A stretch of 63,965 bases of DNA, filler included, from Candidatus Tectimicrobiota bacterium (GCA_016193065.1; 5 parts of 5 records of this genome joined end to end with filler, not necessarily neighbours in it); one strand, 5' to 3'; counted from the whole stretch's first letter, positions 18,275 through 27,824 are shown. The notes: generated by a model from the letters alone, not told the origin. Made by a program: numbers and translations.

Positions 18275-19365
18275 GAGGCCACCCCCACATTGCAGCGCGG
18301 ACCGTTCCACTGCAGCCTCCCAACCAGAGCGCCAACCCGCGTGAAGACTTCCTCAACCGTCAAAATGCGCAGGCACTCGACGCCGTAGGGGCAGGTGCGG
18401 CCGTAGCAATTGCTGCAGGGCAGCGGGATGTGCGCCACCGAGGCCGGCACCCCGTAGGGACCGTTCCGGAGCGGGCTCGTGGGCCCGAAAATCCCCACCG
18501 CCGGCAAGCCGCAGGCAGCCGCCAGGTGAAGCGGGCCCGTGTCCCCCGCCACCAGAAGCCGGCAGCGCGGGAAAAGCGAGATCATCTCCGGAACCGAGGT
18601 CGGGCAGGCCACATGGCCTTCCTCTTTCATCTTCTCTTTCAACCCCCAGGCCATGGCTTCTTCTCCGGGTCCCCACAGGATGAGAATGGTGCCGCCCAGC
18701 TCGCGCCGGATGCGGTCCGCCAGCAGGGCGTACCGCTCCAGGGGCCAGAGCTTGGTCACCCAGCCGGCCCCGGGATGAATGGCCACGAGGCGCTCCGGAG
18801 TCCCGCCGGGCAACGAGGCTAGAAAATAATTCACGGCGCGGTCCACTTCATGGGAGTGAGGCAAGGGAAACGACACTGGCCCATTCCTGGAGATTCCAAC
18901 GGCTTTTAGAAGCTCCAGATGCTGCTCCACCACGTGCTGCTCCCTGGAGGCGGGCCTCCCTTTGCAGTTGGTGAAGAGGGCGCTAAGACTCTCGCGGCAA
19001 TAGTCCGGATCATACCCCAGGCGCAGGCGCGCACCGGAAAGCAGCGTGATGATGCCGCTCTTGACCAGGCCCTGGAGATCGATAGCCAGATCGTAGCGTC
19101 CCCCTCGCAGTTTCCCCATGAGGCCGGCAATTTCCCTCAGGCTCGACAGACCCGGACAGCGCCGCCACTTTGAGGTTTTGGTCACCAGGACGCGGTCGAC
19201 GTCCGGATTCCCCTCCAGGACCCCACGAGCTTTCTCCTCCACCACCCAGTCGATGCGTGCTCCAGGCAGCGCCTGCCTCAATGCCCGGGCCACGGGCAGA
19301 GCATGCACCACGTCGCCCAGAGCACTCATCTTGACGATCAGGATCCGGCCCTGCGCCGGAAGCAT
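18271..19365 (-). CDS. waaC: LPS heptosyltransferase I
   Basis: IVKMSALGDVVHALP, DLQGLVKS, GDTGPLHLA. Confidence 0.85.
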   Translation of the reverse strand: MLPAQGRILIVKMSALGDVVHALPVARALRQALPGARIDWVVEEKARGVLEGNPDVDRVLVTKTSKWRRCPGLSSLREIAGLMGKLRGGRYDLAIDLQGLVKSGIITLLSGARLRLGYDPDYCRESLSALFTNCKGRPASREQHVVEQHLELLKAVGISRNGPVSFPLPHSHEVDRAVNYFLASLPGGTPERLVAIHPGAGWVTKLWPLERYALLADRIRRELGGTILILWGPGEEAMAWGLKEKMKEEGHVACPTSVPEMISLFPRCRLLVAGDTGPLHLAAACGLPAVGIFGPTSPLRNGPYGVPASVAHIPLPCSNCYGRTCPYGVECLRILTVEEVFTRVGALVGRLQWNGPRCNVGVAS

Positions 19366-19369
19366 GCGC

Positions 19370-19882
19370 TCAGTCAACCCGATTCTCCTCCGCATCCAGG
19401 AAAAGTTTCAAACGGGACCCGATCTCCGAGGAAGACCGGGTTTTCAGATCTCCCGTAATGGCAATTCGCCCCCCATAGGAGAGAACCACCTCCCGTTCGG
19501 GAACCGTCTCCTCCGTATAATCGGCCCCTTTGGCGTGGATGTGGGGCTTGAGACGCAGCAGCAGTTCCGCCACCGTAGCCTCGTCAAAGAGCAGAAGATG
19601 ATCCACGCATTCCAGCGCGGCCAGGATCTCCAGGCGCTCGTCCTGTGGGGTGAACGGGCGCCCCGGCCCCTTCAAGCGGCGCGCCGAGCGGTCGCTGTTG
19701 ACGGCCACGACGAGCGCATCTCCCAGGGCTCTGGCGGCTTTGAGATAGCGGACATGCCCCACGTGGAGAAGGTCAAAGCAGCCGTTGGCGAAAACGAGCA
19801 CTTTGCCGTTTTTCTTCAACTCCGCCCCGATAGTCTCCATCTCCGCGAGGGTGCGGAGCTTCCCGTTCTCCGTGTTCCCCAT
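19370..19882 (-). CDS. rfaE2: Heptose-1-phosphate adenylyltransferase
   Basis: FANGCFDLLHVGH, AVNSD, KGPGRP, KGADY. Confidence 0.9.
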   Translation of the reverse strand: MGNTENGKLRTLAEMETIGAELKKNGKVLVFANGCFDLLHVGHVRYLKAARALGDALVVAVNSDRSARRLKGPGRPFTPQDERLEILAALECVDHLLLFDEATVAELLLRLKPHIHAKGADYTEETVPEREVVLSYGGRIAITGDLKTRSSSEIGSRLKLFLDAEENRVD

Positions 19883-19899
19883 CCCACCCCTGTCCACCC

Positions 19900-20952
19900 T
19901 CAGATCCCTGCCGCTTCCGCCGTCGCGTCTGTTTCGACGGCCTGCTGGAGCTCCTCCAGAGAGACGGTCCCCGTGCCGCTCTTCATGACCACGATCCCCC
20001 CGGCATAATTGGCCAGCATCGCCGCCTCCGCCATGGTGGCGCCGGCCACCAGGGCCAGGGTGAACGTGCCGATGACCGTATCGCCGGCTCCGGTCACATC
20101 GGCCACCTCGTCGCCGCCGTAAATATCGATGAAGACCGGCTCCTGGCCGCGCTCGAAGAGGGCCATCCCTTTGTTCCCCCGGGTAATGAGGACACCGCGA
20201 GCTCCCGTTTTTTCCAGCAAGGTGGCCCCGGCCAGCGCAATGTTGTCGTCCCGGGTCTCCATGCCCAGAGAGCCGTCCACCTCGGGCTCGTTGGGCGTAA
20301 CGGCGGTTGGATTCTTGAAGTTCAGGAGATTGCGGCGGGAATCCACCGTCACCAGCAGATCTCCACGGGCGGCGATGGAATTGACCGCATCCACCACAGG
20401 ACCTTTGACGACCCCGAGACTGTAATCCGACACCAGCAGAGCCCGACATTTGGCCACACTTTCCTCCAGGCAGGCCAGCAGTCGCTGCAGGGTTTGCGGT
20501 GATAAGGGGTCTGTCGGGGCCCGGTCGATCCGGACAATTTGCTGCCGGGCCGTGGTGGCGTGATGGCCGCCGGCCAAGATCCGGGTCTTGGTCGCCGTCT
20601 GCCGTCCCTCTTCCACGAGAACCCCCCGCGTGTCAATTCCCTTTTCCTGCAAGAGGCCCATCAGCGTGAACCCTGGCAGGTCATCGCCGGTGACCCCGAT
20701 GGGATAGACGATTCCTCCCAGGCTTCTCACGTTATGGGCCGCATTCCCGCCGCCCCCGAGCAGAACCCGGTCCCACTCATAGTTCAAGATGAGGACCGGA
20801 GCTTCCCGAGACACCCGGGATGTGCGCCCGAACACGTAGCGGTCCGCCACCAGATCTCCAAGGACGGCCACCGTGCAGTTGGGGAACTGCTCCAGACAGC
20901 GCAGCAAGCGGGCGCGATCAAGGCGTGCCTCACCTTTGCGCTTAGCCGTCAT
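19900..20952 (-). CDS. rfaE1: Heptose-7-phosphate kinase
   Basis: GDLVAD, RVSREAPV, DVTGAGDTV, ANYAGGIVVMK. Confidence 0.9.
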   Translation of the reverse strand: MTAKRKGEARLDRARLLRCLEQFPNCTVAVLGDLVADRYVFGRTSRVSREAPVLILNYEWDRVLLGGGGNAAHNVRSLGGIVYPIGVTGDDLPGFTLMGLLQEKGIDTRGVLVEEGRQTATKTRILAGGHHATTARQQIVRIDRAPTDPLSPQTLQRLLACLEESVAKCRALLVSDYSLGVVKGPVVDAVNSIAARGDLLVTVDSRRNLLNFKNPTAVTPNEPEVDGSLGMETRDDNIALAGATLLEKTGARGVLITRGNKGMALFERGQEPVFIDIYGGDEVADVTGAGDTVIGTFTLALVAGATMAEAAMLANYAGGIVVMKSGTGTVSLEELQQAVETDATAEAAGI

Positions 20953-21532
20953 CTCGGGCTCCATCCCCGCACTGCTGCAGGATCCAACCCACCGCCTCCC
21001 GCAGATCGACCGCCACGTGATCCGGCCGGACGTCCAGTGATTGGAGAACCTCCTTCTCCTCGGCGCCATGCCCCGTCAGCACCAGGATCCCCTTGCCCCC
21101 TATACTCTGCATCATCTGTACATCGCTCAGGCGGTCCCCCACCATGTAGGAGCGGCTCAGGTCAAGCTCCAGATCCCCGGCCGCCTGCAGGAGGAGGCCC
21201 GGAGCCGGCTTTCTGCACAGGCACTCCCTCCGGTAAGAGTCCACTTCTCCCAGCGGGTGATGGGGGCAATAGTAGATGCGGTCAATGGAGGCCCCTTCTT
21301 GCCGCAACTGAGCCGTGATGAGCCCGTTCACCTCGTGAATGAAGCTTTCCAGATGAACACCACGCGCAACTCCAGCCTGGTTCGTAATGACCACCACCTT
21401 GAGACCGGACTCATTCAGGCGCCGGATTCCCGCCGCTGCTCCGGGGAGGAGACGCACCTGCTCCAGATGGGTGATATAGCCCACTTCCTCGTTAATGGTC
21501 CCATCCCGATCCAGAAAGACCGCCCGCTCCAA
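20942..21532 (-). CDS. gmhB: D-glycero-D-manno-heptose 1,7-bisphosphate phosphatase
   Basis: FLDRDGTIN, TNQAGVARG, CPHH..C.CRKP; TTG start with GAGGAG RBS. Confidence 0.9.
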   Translation of the reverse strand: MERAVFLDRDGTINEEVGYITHLEQVRLLPGAAAGIRRLNESGLKVVVITNQAGVARGVHLESFIHEVNGLITAQLRQEGASIDRIYYCPHHPLGEVDSYRRECLCRKPAPGLLLQAAGDLELDLSRSYMVGDRLSDVQMMQSIGGKGILVLTGHGAEEKEVLQSLDVRPDHVAVDLREAVGWILQQCGDGARDDG

Positions 21533-21600
21533 GACCTTCGGCTCCTCTGATCTTTTCCCCCTCCACCATGGGAGGAGAACAACTTTCCCCTCTCCCCTCT

Positions 21601-21732
21601 GAGACTGTGTCGCAATCCACCGTTCGCCCTTCGACACGCTCAGGACGAACGGGTAAGTGGTTGGATTTCCGTGTGTCGTCGTCCGTTCGTGGTGAGCCTG
21701 TCGAACCATGAACGGACTTATGACACAGTCTC
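21601..21732. mobile_element. MITE-like element carrying a REP doublet, inserted into a CCCCTCTCCCC palindrome
   Basis: 11-bp terminal IR GAGACTGTGTC, TCT duplicated on both sides, internal TTCGACA.GCTCA-type REP pair. Confidence 0.7.
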
Positions 21733-21944
21733 TCTGGGGAGAGTGCAGGGTGAGGGGACCACCTGCCTCAGCCTCATTAAAGTTATTTATTTTAGTATCT
21801 TGAGAAGGCCCAATCAATGAAAAATCTTAGGGTTTCGCAGATAACAGCGGACGGCAGTTGCGCATCAGCGTTATGTTCTGTATCCTCACGGAAGCAATCA
21901 GCGATCCGCTTTCATGGACCGTTGATCCACCCGTGCATTATAAA

Positions 21945-21998
21945 AATCCCCTCCACCCATACCCTCCCCTTTGAGGGGGAGGGGTAGGGAGGAGGTGA
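21945..21998. repeat. CCCTCC..GGAGGG palindromic repeat (same family at 14567-14622, 34937-34990, 40367-40395)
   Basis: cctccacccataccctcccctttgagggggaggggtagggaggagg. Confidence 0.65.
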
Positions 21999-22121
21999 GC
22001 ACGGCATTTTCTGAGCAGCTTTCAGCAACCAGCTATCAGCCTCGGAAATCGAAGGTTTCTCGCATTTCTCGGGGTCTCAGGCTGAATGCGGATCGCTTAT
22101 TTTTTTTTTAGGAGAATCAAA

Positions 22122-24374
22122 ATGCCCTTTAAAATTATCGGTGCCCCTAACGGTCCGGAGAAAGTCACCGGTCGCGCCAAGTACGCAGCGGACATTCACC
22201 CCCCCGGAACGCTGTGGGGCAGATGTCTGCGCAGCCCCTTGCCCCACGCCCGGTTCACGCGGATCGACATCAGCGCGGCGGCCAAGCTTCCCGGCGTGCA
22301 TGCGGTGCTGACGGCCAAAGATCTTCCCAACAAACTGGTCGGGCGCAGCGTATACGACATGCCCGTGCTGTCCTACGACCACATCCGCTTTGCCGGCGAG
22401 CGCATTGCGGTGGTAGCCGCCGAAGACCCCGACACCGCGGACGAGGCCATTTCCCTCATCGAGGTGGATTATGAGGAGCTGCCGGCGGTCTTCAACCCGC
22501 TGGACGCCATCAAGGAAGACGCGCCGCGGCTCCACCCCCACATCAGCCAGTACGAAAATGCCCCGCCCGAGCCCTTTCAATCCGACCTCCCGAACGTGGG
22601 CTCCCGCGTGTGGTGGAAGTTGGGCAACGTGGAGGAGGGGTTTGCCGCCAGCGATCACATCTTCGAGCACACCTTCACCACTCAGCCTATGCACCAGGGC
22701 TACATCGAACCCCATGCCTGCCTGGTGCAGATTGACGAGACGGGCCACGTTCACGTGTATCTAAGCACCAAGGCTCCGTACGCGGTGAAAAAACAGTTCG
22801 CCCACGTGACCCAGCTCCCTCCGGAACAGGTCACCGTGCACATCGTCCCCGTGGGCGGGGAGTTTGGCGGCAAGGGCTCCGTGATGGATGCCCCGCTCTG
22901 CTATCACCTGGCCAGGCGCAGCGGGCGACCAGTCAAGATGGTGATGAGCTATACCGAAGAATTGATGGCGGCGAACCCGCGGCACGCCGCGATCATCACC
23001 GTCAAAACCGGGATGAGCAAGGAGGGCCGCATCCTGGCGCGGCAGGTCCGGGCCCTGTGGGACTCGGGGGCATATACCGGCTTCAAGCCCACCCCGGTGG
23101 CGAATATGTTCGGAGCCTATGCGGCGGCCGGCCACTACGCGATCCCCCACGTCTCCATCGAAGCGCTCTCCGTGAACACGAACAATCCACCAGCAGGCTA
23201 CATGCGCTCCCCGGGAGAGCCCCAGACGATCTTTGCCGCCGAGTCCCAAATCGACATCATCGCCCACGCTCTCAAGATGGATCCCTACGAATTCCGCATG
23301 AAGAACGTCATCACCGCTGGCTACCCCCTGCCCACCTTCAAACCCACCCCGGAGACTCTGGAACACCTCAAGGGGCGAGAGGTGCTGGAAGCGGGCTTCA
23401 AGGCCTTCGGCTGGGATCGTCCCAAGGCCGGACCCAACCGGGGCAAGGGGATGGCTTTCACGCAGCGCCACATCGGCGTAGGACAATCGAATGCCGCTGT
23501 TACTCTTTTGCCCGATGGCCACGTGGAACTCTTAACCGTGACCCCCGATACCGGCGCGGGCGCCTACGCCATGCTTCAGCAAGTGGTCGGTGAGGCGTTG
23601 CAGATCGATCCTTTGAGGGTGCAGATCAAGGTGGGCACCACGGACAGCTTCGATACGTTCGACACGGGAGCCGCGGCCAACCGCGTCACCTATGTGGCCG
23701 GCAAGGCAACCCTGGGTGCCATCGAGGAATTAAAAACCCGGATTCGCAAGCAACTGGCGGAGCAGTGGCGGTGTGCCGAGGGAGAGATTCTTTTCCAGGA
23801 AGGTCACTGCGTCTGCAAGAGGGATCCCGCGCAAAAAATCTCCTACGGGGATCTGGCCAAGAGGAGTTCGGAGCCACTGACGGCAAAGTATCACTTCTCG
23901 CAGGCTGACTTTCCCCATGTGGTCAACTTCTCCGCTCAGTTCGCCGAGGTGGAGGTGGATCCGGAGACGGGAGAATACAAGATCCTGCGCATGGTCACCG
24001 TGCACGACCCGGGGACCATCCTGAACCCCCTGGGCTTCCAGGGGCAGATCGACGGCGGCCTCGTGCAGGGAATTGGATACGCCAAGATGGAAATTCTGAA
24101 CCGAGACCAAGGGCGGGTCACCACGCTGAACCTGGGAGACTACAAAATCCCCGTGAACAAAGATATTCCGCCCTTGCAGACCGTGCTGGTTCCGGACGAG
24201 CACGGCCCGGGGCCGTTCGGGGGCAAGTCGGTGGGTGAGAGCGCGAACACGATGCCTGCGACGGTAATTGCCAACGCCATCTTCGATGCCACCGGCATCC
24301 GCCTTTTCTCGCTGCCAATCACGGCGGAGCAAATTTACCAGGAACTGCGCAAGCGGCCTGCGCTTCAAAGGTAA
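22122..24374 (+). CDS. Xanthine dehydrogenase/CoxL-family molybdopterin-binding subunit
   Basis: KVTGRAKY, LRSPLPHA, HQGYIEPH, GGEFGGK, GQIDGG, KSVGE. Confidence 0.9.
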   Translation: MPFKIIGAPNGPEKVTGRAKYAADIHPPGTLWGRCLRSPLPHARFTRIDISAAAKLPGVHAVLTAKDLPNKLVGRSVYDMPVLSYDHIRFAGERIAVVAAEDPDTADEAISLIEVDYEELPAVFNPLDAIKEDAPRLHPHISQYENAPPEPFQSDLPNVGSRVWWKLGNVEEGFAASDHIFEHTFTTQPMHQGYIEPHACLVQIDETGHVHVYLSTKAPYAVKKQFAHVTQLPPEQVTVHIVPVGGEFGGKGSVMDAPLCYHLARRSGRPVKMVMSYTEELMAANPRHAAIITVKTGMSKEGRILARQVRALWDSGAYTGFKPTPVANMFGAYAAAGHYAIPHVSIEALSVNTNNPPAGYMRSPGEPQTIFAAESQIDIIAHALKMDPYEFRMKNVITAGYPLPTFKPTPETLEHLKGREVLEAGFKAFGWDRPKAGPNRGKGMAFTQRHIGVGQSNAAVTLLPDGHVELLTVTPDTGAGAYAMLQQVVGEALQIDPLRVQIKVGTTDSFDTFDTGAAANRVTYVAGKATLGAIEELKTRIRKQLAEQWRCAEGEILFQEGHCVCKRDPAQKISYGDLAKRSSEPLTAKYHFSQADFPHVVNFSAQFAEVEVDPETGEYKILRMVTVHDPGTILNPLGFQGQIDGGLVQGIGYAKMEILNRDQGRVTTLNLGDYKIPVNKDIPPLQTVLVPDEHGPGPFGGKSVGESANTMPATVIANAIFDATGIRLFSLPITAEQIYQELRKRPALQR

Positions 24375-24380
24375 AGAGTT

Positions 24381-24448
24381 CCACCGTTCGCCCTTCGACG
24401 GGTACTCGGTCGAGGGGGGGGACGGAGGGTCTTTCAGCACCCCGCTAG
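24381..24448. repeat. Degenerate partial copy of the REP-doublet MITE
   Basis: ccgttcgcccttcgac...gtcgagggg...tttcagcaccccgctag resembles 36271-36326. Confidence 0.5.
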
Positions 24449-24528
24449 CCGCAACAGATAGGAAGCGGAATAACTGGTCAAAGATTTATGAAAGGCCGGT
24501 AGTGATGTTTGGTACGCAGATCGGGAGG

Positions 24529-24613
24529 TTATAACGTTCGCGCTCGGCGGCCGAGACGGGGGCCAACCGAAGCTCTGGCCCGAGTCGAGGTCCGCTGGAG
24601 CGCCCTGCTAGCT
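24529..24613 (-). other. Integron attC-like site
   Basis: AGCTAGC-AGGGCGCTCCAGCGGAC...GGCCGCCGAGCGCGAAC-GTTATAA: R''/L''/L'/R' layout with R'' mutated (AAC to AGC). Confidence 0.65.
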
Positions 24614-24843
24614 CGGGCCGCACGCAGAGATCTCTTCAGCTTTGTGGGAATCTCCAGGGGAAAGAAGCGATCAGACGAATAGGCGTAATCCTCTCCGCTC
24701 TCGTCTACCACGCGCAGATAGCCGTGCTTCTCCGCCTCATCGTCCGAGATGACGCGATAAAGCTTGCCGACTTCGAGGGAAGCCGCGTACCCCTTGTTCT
24801 TCACGCATACGGCGAACGTTGCTCGCGGTTTAGACGTTCTCAT
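24529..24843 (-). CDS. Conserved hypothetical protein (putative TA-type partner); ORF reads through the attC
   Basis: FAVCVKNKGYAASLEVGKLYRVISD..GYLRVVDESGEDYAY. Confidence 0.7.
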   Translation of the reverse strand: MRTSKPRATFAVCVKNKGYAASLEVGKLYRVISDDEAEKHGYLRVVDESGEDYAYSSDRFFPLEIPTKLKRSLRAARASRALQRTSTRARASVGPRLGRRARTL

Positions 24844-24992
24844 CTGCTCTCATCCAGAAACGGCCGCTTCAGCTTGAGAACCTTCCTGCCGATCCCATGG
24901 GCCTCGTGCCAGTGAACCTCGGCCTGGCGAATGGTCCCATCCCTGAGCTTGACCGTTGCCCGGCCCTTCATCTTCCTCCATTGCGCCCTGCC
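24840..24992 (-). pseudogene. 5'-truncated partner gene (WRKxKG..EVHW.EAHGIG family)
   Basis: Manual translation GRAQWRKMKGRATVKLRDGTIRQAEVHWHEAHGIGRKVLKLKRPFLDESR*; ATGA overlap with next gene. Confidence 0.6.
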
Positions 24993-25025
24993 TTTGCTGT
25001 TAAGCGACCAGCCCGAAGGGCTCCG

Positions 25026-25244
25026 TTAGGCCGAGATCTTCTGTACAACCACGGGTAGTTTGCTGAGCGTAAGCTGTTTGAGATCGACCTTTCGGCTAGC
25101 GTTATCGATGTCGATCCCCACGACATTTCCCTCGGCGTCGTAATCAACAACAATCCCCTCGGAGATTTCCCTGCTTTCGACGCTCGACCGCTCCGACAGG
25201 TCGATATAAAGCGAGTCGGTATCGGGATAATAATTGAGCTTCAT
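25026..25244 (-). CDS. DUF2283-family protein (putative antitoxin)
   Basis: MKLNYYPDTDSLYIDL..ESREISEGIVVDYDAEGNVVGIDI; stop lies within GCCTAAC (R''). Confidence 0.85.
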   Translation of the reverse strand: MKLNYYPDTDSLYIDLSERSSVESREISEGIVVDYDAEGNVVGIDIDNASRKVDLKQLTLSKLPVVVQKISA

Positions 25245-25435
25245 GGCTTGAACCCTCTGTCTGGAAAAGCATTGTGAATCGTCACCTTGTCTTCCAAGGT
25301 GATGACTCTCAAGATCCGTCCCCCAAGCTCCTCGATCTCGCCCCAGAATCGATACCGGTTCCCTTCCTGCGGTTCACTTCTGAGCGGACCCTCCAGAACA
25401 CTAATGCACCACTCCTTAGCGATGATTCGCCTTCT
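25241..25435 (-). pseudogene. 5'-truncated toxin-like partner of DUF2283
   Basis: KEWCISVLEGPLRSEPQEGNRYRFWGEIEELGGRILRVITLEDKVTIHNAFPDRGFKP*; in-frame stop upstream and no start codon. Confidence 0.6.
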
Positions 25436-25549
25436 TCACCCTTCGCCTGTCGCGTCCACGATCGGGAAAGTTTTGCCCGACGGAAGTTCGAGCCGCGTGA
25501 TACGCCACCTTGCCGTCATTCCCCATTGACGGATTCAACCTTCACAGGC

Positions 25550-25613
25550 GCCAGCTCGTCGGCAATCAGCGGCCGCGGCTTGTCCGCGTCGCCACCAGTG
25601 GGGCGTGTTAGCC
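25550..25613 (-). other. Degenerate attC-like site after vapC
   Basis: GGCTAAC overlapping the vapC stop, then CAAGCCGCGGCCGCTGATTGCCGACG with R' lost. Confidence 0.4.
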
Positions 25614-26030
25614 GATCTCGATACGTCTTGTCCGCAGACCGGCCCGCTTGGCAGCCTTGATCTGGCGGTCGTCGCACGACACGAAAAGCTCTGCCCCCCA
25701 CTCCAGCGCACAGGCGACATGAAGTGCATCCATGGCGCGGAGAAGGTTGGTTTCCAGCAGGAACGTCGATCTGGCGATGACGGCAGGTGTGAGGTTGACA
25801 ATGACGGCATCCGCCACGTCCTCTGACAACCGGCTCTTTGCCGCGATGTACTCTTGCCGAGACAGCCGCTTCTCTCGCACCCACCGGTTCAGGGCGGAGA
25901 TGATTTCCGGAACGCAGACAACGCTGAGCGCGAGCGCCGATGTCGCCCGGCAGACATTATCGACCTCCTGGCTCCCTTTCTCGTCAACATATCGCTTGGC
26001 AAAGGCAGAGGAGTCACACAGCGTCTTCAT
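25608..26030 (-). CDS. vapC: VapC/PIN-domain toxin
   Basis: CDSSAFAKRY, PEIISAL, LRAMDALHVACA, FVSCD. Confidence 0.9.
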   Translation of the reverse strand: MKTLCDSSAFAKRYVDEKGSQEVDNVCRATSALALSVVCVPEIISALNRWVREKRLSRQEYIAAKSRLSEDVADAVIVNLTPAVIARSTFLLETNLLRAMDALHVACALEWGAELFVSCDDRQIKAAKRAGLRTRRIEIG

Positions 26031-26031
26031 G

Positions 26032-26262
26032 TCAGGACGCTTCGCGCTCTTCTAGGATGGCTCTTGCCAAATGAACACCCCGAGCTGAAAGCCTCAGTCC
26101 CGGCCTCTTCCATGAGGGTTCCTTGGCTTCTCCCGCCCCGTAAGGGGAGATCTCTGCAACGGGTTTCCCATGCCGAAGCACAATGACCACCTCACCGCCC
26201 TCCACGTCCGAAAACAGTTCTGAAGCGCGATTGCGGAATTCCGTGAACGTAACGGTCTTCAT
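26032..26262 (-). CDS. Phd/YefM-family antitoxin
   Basis: MKTVTFTEFRNRASELFSDVEGGEVVIVLRHGKPVAEISP. Confidence 0.9.
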   Translation of the reverse strand: MKTVTFTEFRNRASELFSDVEGGEVVIVLRHGKPVAEISPYGAGEAKEPSWKRPGLRLSARGVHLARAILEEREAS

Positions 26263-26266
26263 ATCA

Positions 26267-26366
26267 NNNNNNNNNNNNNNNNNNNNNNNNNNNNNNNNNN
26301 NNNNNNNNNNTTAATTAATTAANNNNNNNNNNNNNNNNNNNNNNNNNNNNNNNNNNNNNNNNNNNN
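26267..26366. other. Artificial contig linker
   Basis: N44-TTAATTAATTAA-N44 (stops in all frames). Confidence 0.97.
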
Positions 26367-27203
26367 GGCAAATTCGGCATGAAAGCTCTCGAAGTCCTTC
26401 AGCTCAAAGAGCCCACCCGTTCTTTTCGAGAAGTCCACGATCTTTCTCGCAATGGGCCCCCGGTAGAAGTAGTCGCTCGCCGCCTGCAGAGCTTCCTTCC
26501 TGCCTTTCCCTAGATTCTTCCGTTCGACTTCCACAAGCTCGCGGTACGTTTTCGCCATGTCCTTCTGGTAAATGATGTCGCCCACTTTATAGGGCTTGCC
26601 GTCCTTGAGATAAATGGCGGCCGTGTCGGGCATCGTCGCGATCTCGTCCTTGAGCCTGGCGTTCCATTCAACGAAATCAGGGTCCACAGGGACTCCGGTT
26701 TCGGCCAGCTCAATGGCGGGGGCAAGAATGTCTTTGAGGCTGAGCTTGCCGAACTCCTTGAGGAGCTGCATCCAGCCGTCCCAGGCTCCGGGGACATTCG
26801 CCTGGTGCATCCCGTACCCGGCGAGATCCGGGTTCCGGAAGAACTCCGCGGTCGCATGGGTTGGGGCGGGGCCTACGCCCTCCAGAGCGGTCACATTGCC
26901 GGTTTTCCGGTCGTAATGAAGCGCCCAGGTTCCACCGCCGAGGATGTTTGAAAACCAGGGTTCCACAACCCCCAGCACAGCCGCCGTTGCCACCGCGGCA
27001 TCGGCCACAGTACCTCCCTTTTGCAGAATGCGCAGCCCGGCTTCGGAGGCGAGATAATGATTTGACACCACCATGCCGTGCGTACCCGAGACGGGGCGTT
27101 TCGCCCAGGATATGCCGGTCGTCGCAAAGGCAAGAATCAAAGAAACCACGAACAGACCAAGCAGGATTCGAACAATTCCCCGTTTGCTGAAATATGTCTC
27201 CAC
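26367..27203 (-). CDS. ggt: Gamma-glutamyltransferase family protein, 5' part
   Basis: Signal peptide, GMVVSNHYLASEAG, VEPWFSNILGGG, VPGAWDGW, FYRGPIA. Confidence 0.85.
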
Positions 27204-27458
27204 TTCTCCATCCTCCCTACAAAGAGAATTTGTTCTCTTCTCACGTTTTGACTTTCAATATAATTTCCGCCTCCCTCTGGATAAATAAGCTGTTTCATCT
27301 GTCCGGTTTTTCTACACCTCCGAGATCTCTCATAGCCGGGTTCACTCGGCGTGACGGGCAGCTCGTTGGGAAGAAGTGTTGACAATTTGAACAATGAATC
27401 GAGCCTTCAGAGACGGCCCTATATTTCGATGGATTTCATCACCGCGTTGCGGACGGTG

Positions 27459-27675
27459 GCGCGATCAGTTTTGCGAACCTCGCCACGGATCTCGCCTTGA
27501 AGAAGGAATACGGAAAGGGAAAGATGGTGGCCCTGAGGGAGGGCAAGTACACTACCGTGCCCATCGAGACGCTGACGCAGGGAGTGAAGCGCGTAGACGT
27601 CGACGAGCTTACAACGTGGAAAACTACAAGCCGAAGGTGGCCCGCGTTCTCAACAAGCCCATGTTCCTATACTGA
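27459..27675 (+). pseudogene. 6-phosphofructokinase C-terminal remnant with frameshift
   Basis: AISFANLATDL..MVALREGKYTTVPI..KRVDVDEL / NVENYKPKVARVLNKPMFLY*, 1-nt deletion near 27610. Confidence 0.6.
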
Positions 27676-27798
27676 GGATGACGGAACAAGCCGGAGTCAA
27701 CGTTGCTTGACTAATCTGCGGCCTCCCTCTGATGCGGTAGTCCCCCAGGCGACTTGAGTTGCAGAAAGGAGACCGGGTGTGCCTCGTAGGGCGACTTA

Positions 27799-27824
27799 CC
27801 TGTCTGCGTGTCCGCACAGGCAGG
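27799..27824. repeat. CCTG..CAGGCAGG small palindromic element
   Basis: CCTGTCTGCGTGTCCGCACAGGCAGG, related to 3088-3117. Confidence 0.7.

Noticed and set aside
21533-21817. N-terminal extension of GmhB in the ORF track
   Set aside because: It is translated repeat/MITE sequence; a TTG start with RBS at 21532 fits the family length
21839-21876. attC-like AGATAAC...GTTATGT
   Set aside because: Only 38 nt, too short for a functional attC, and no associated cassette gene; at most a remnant
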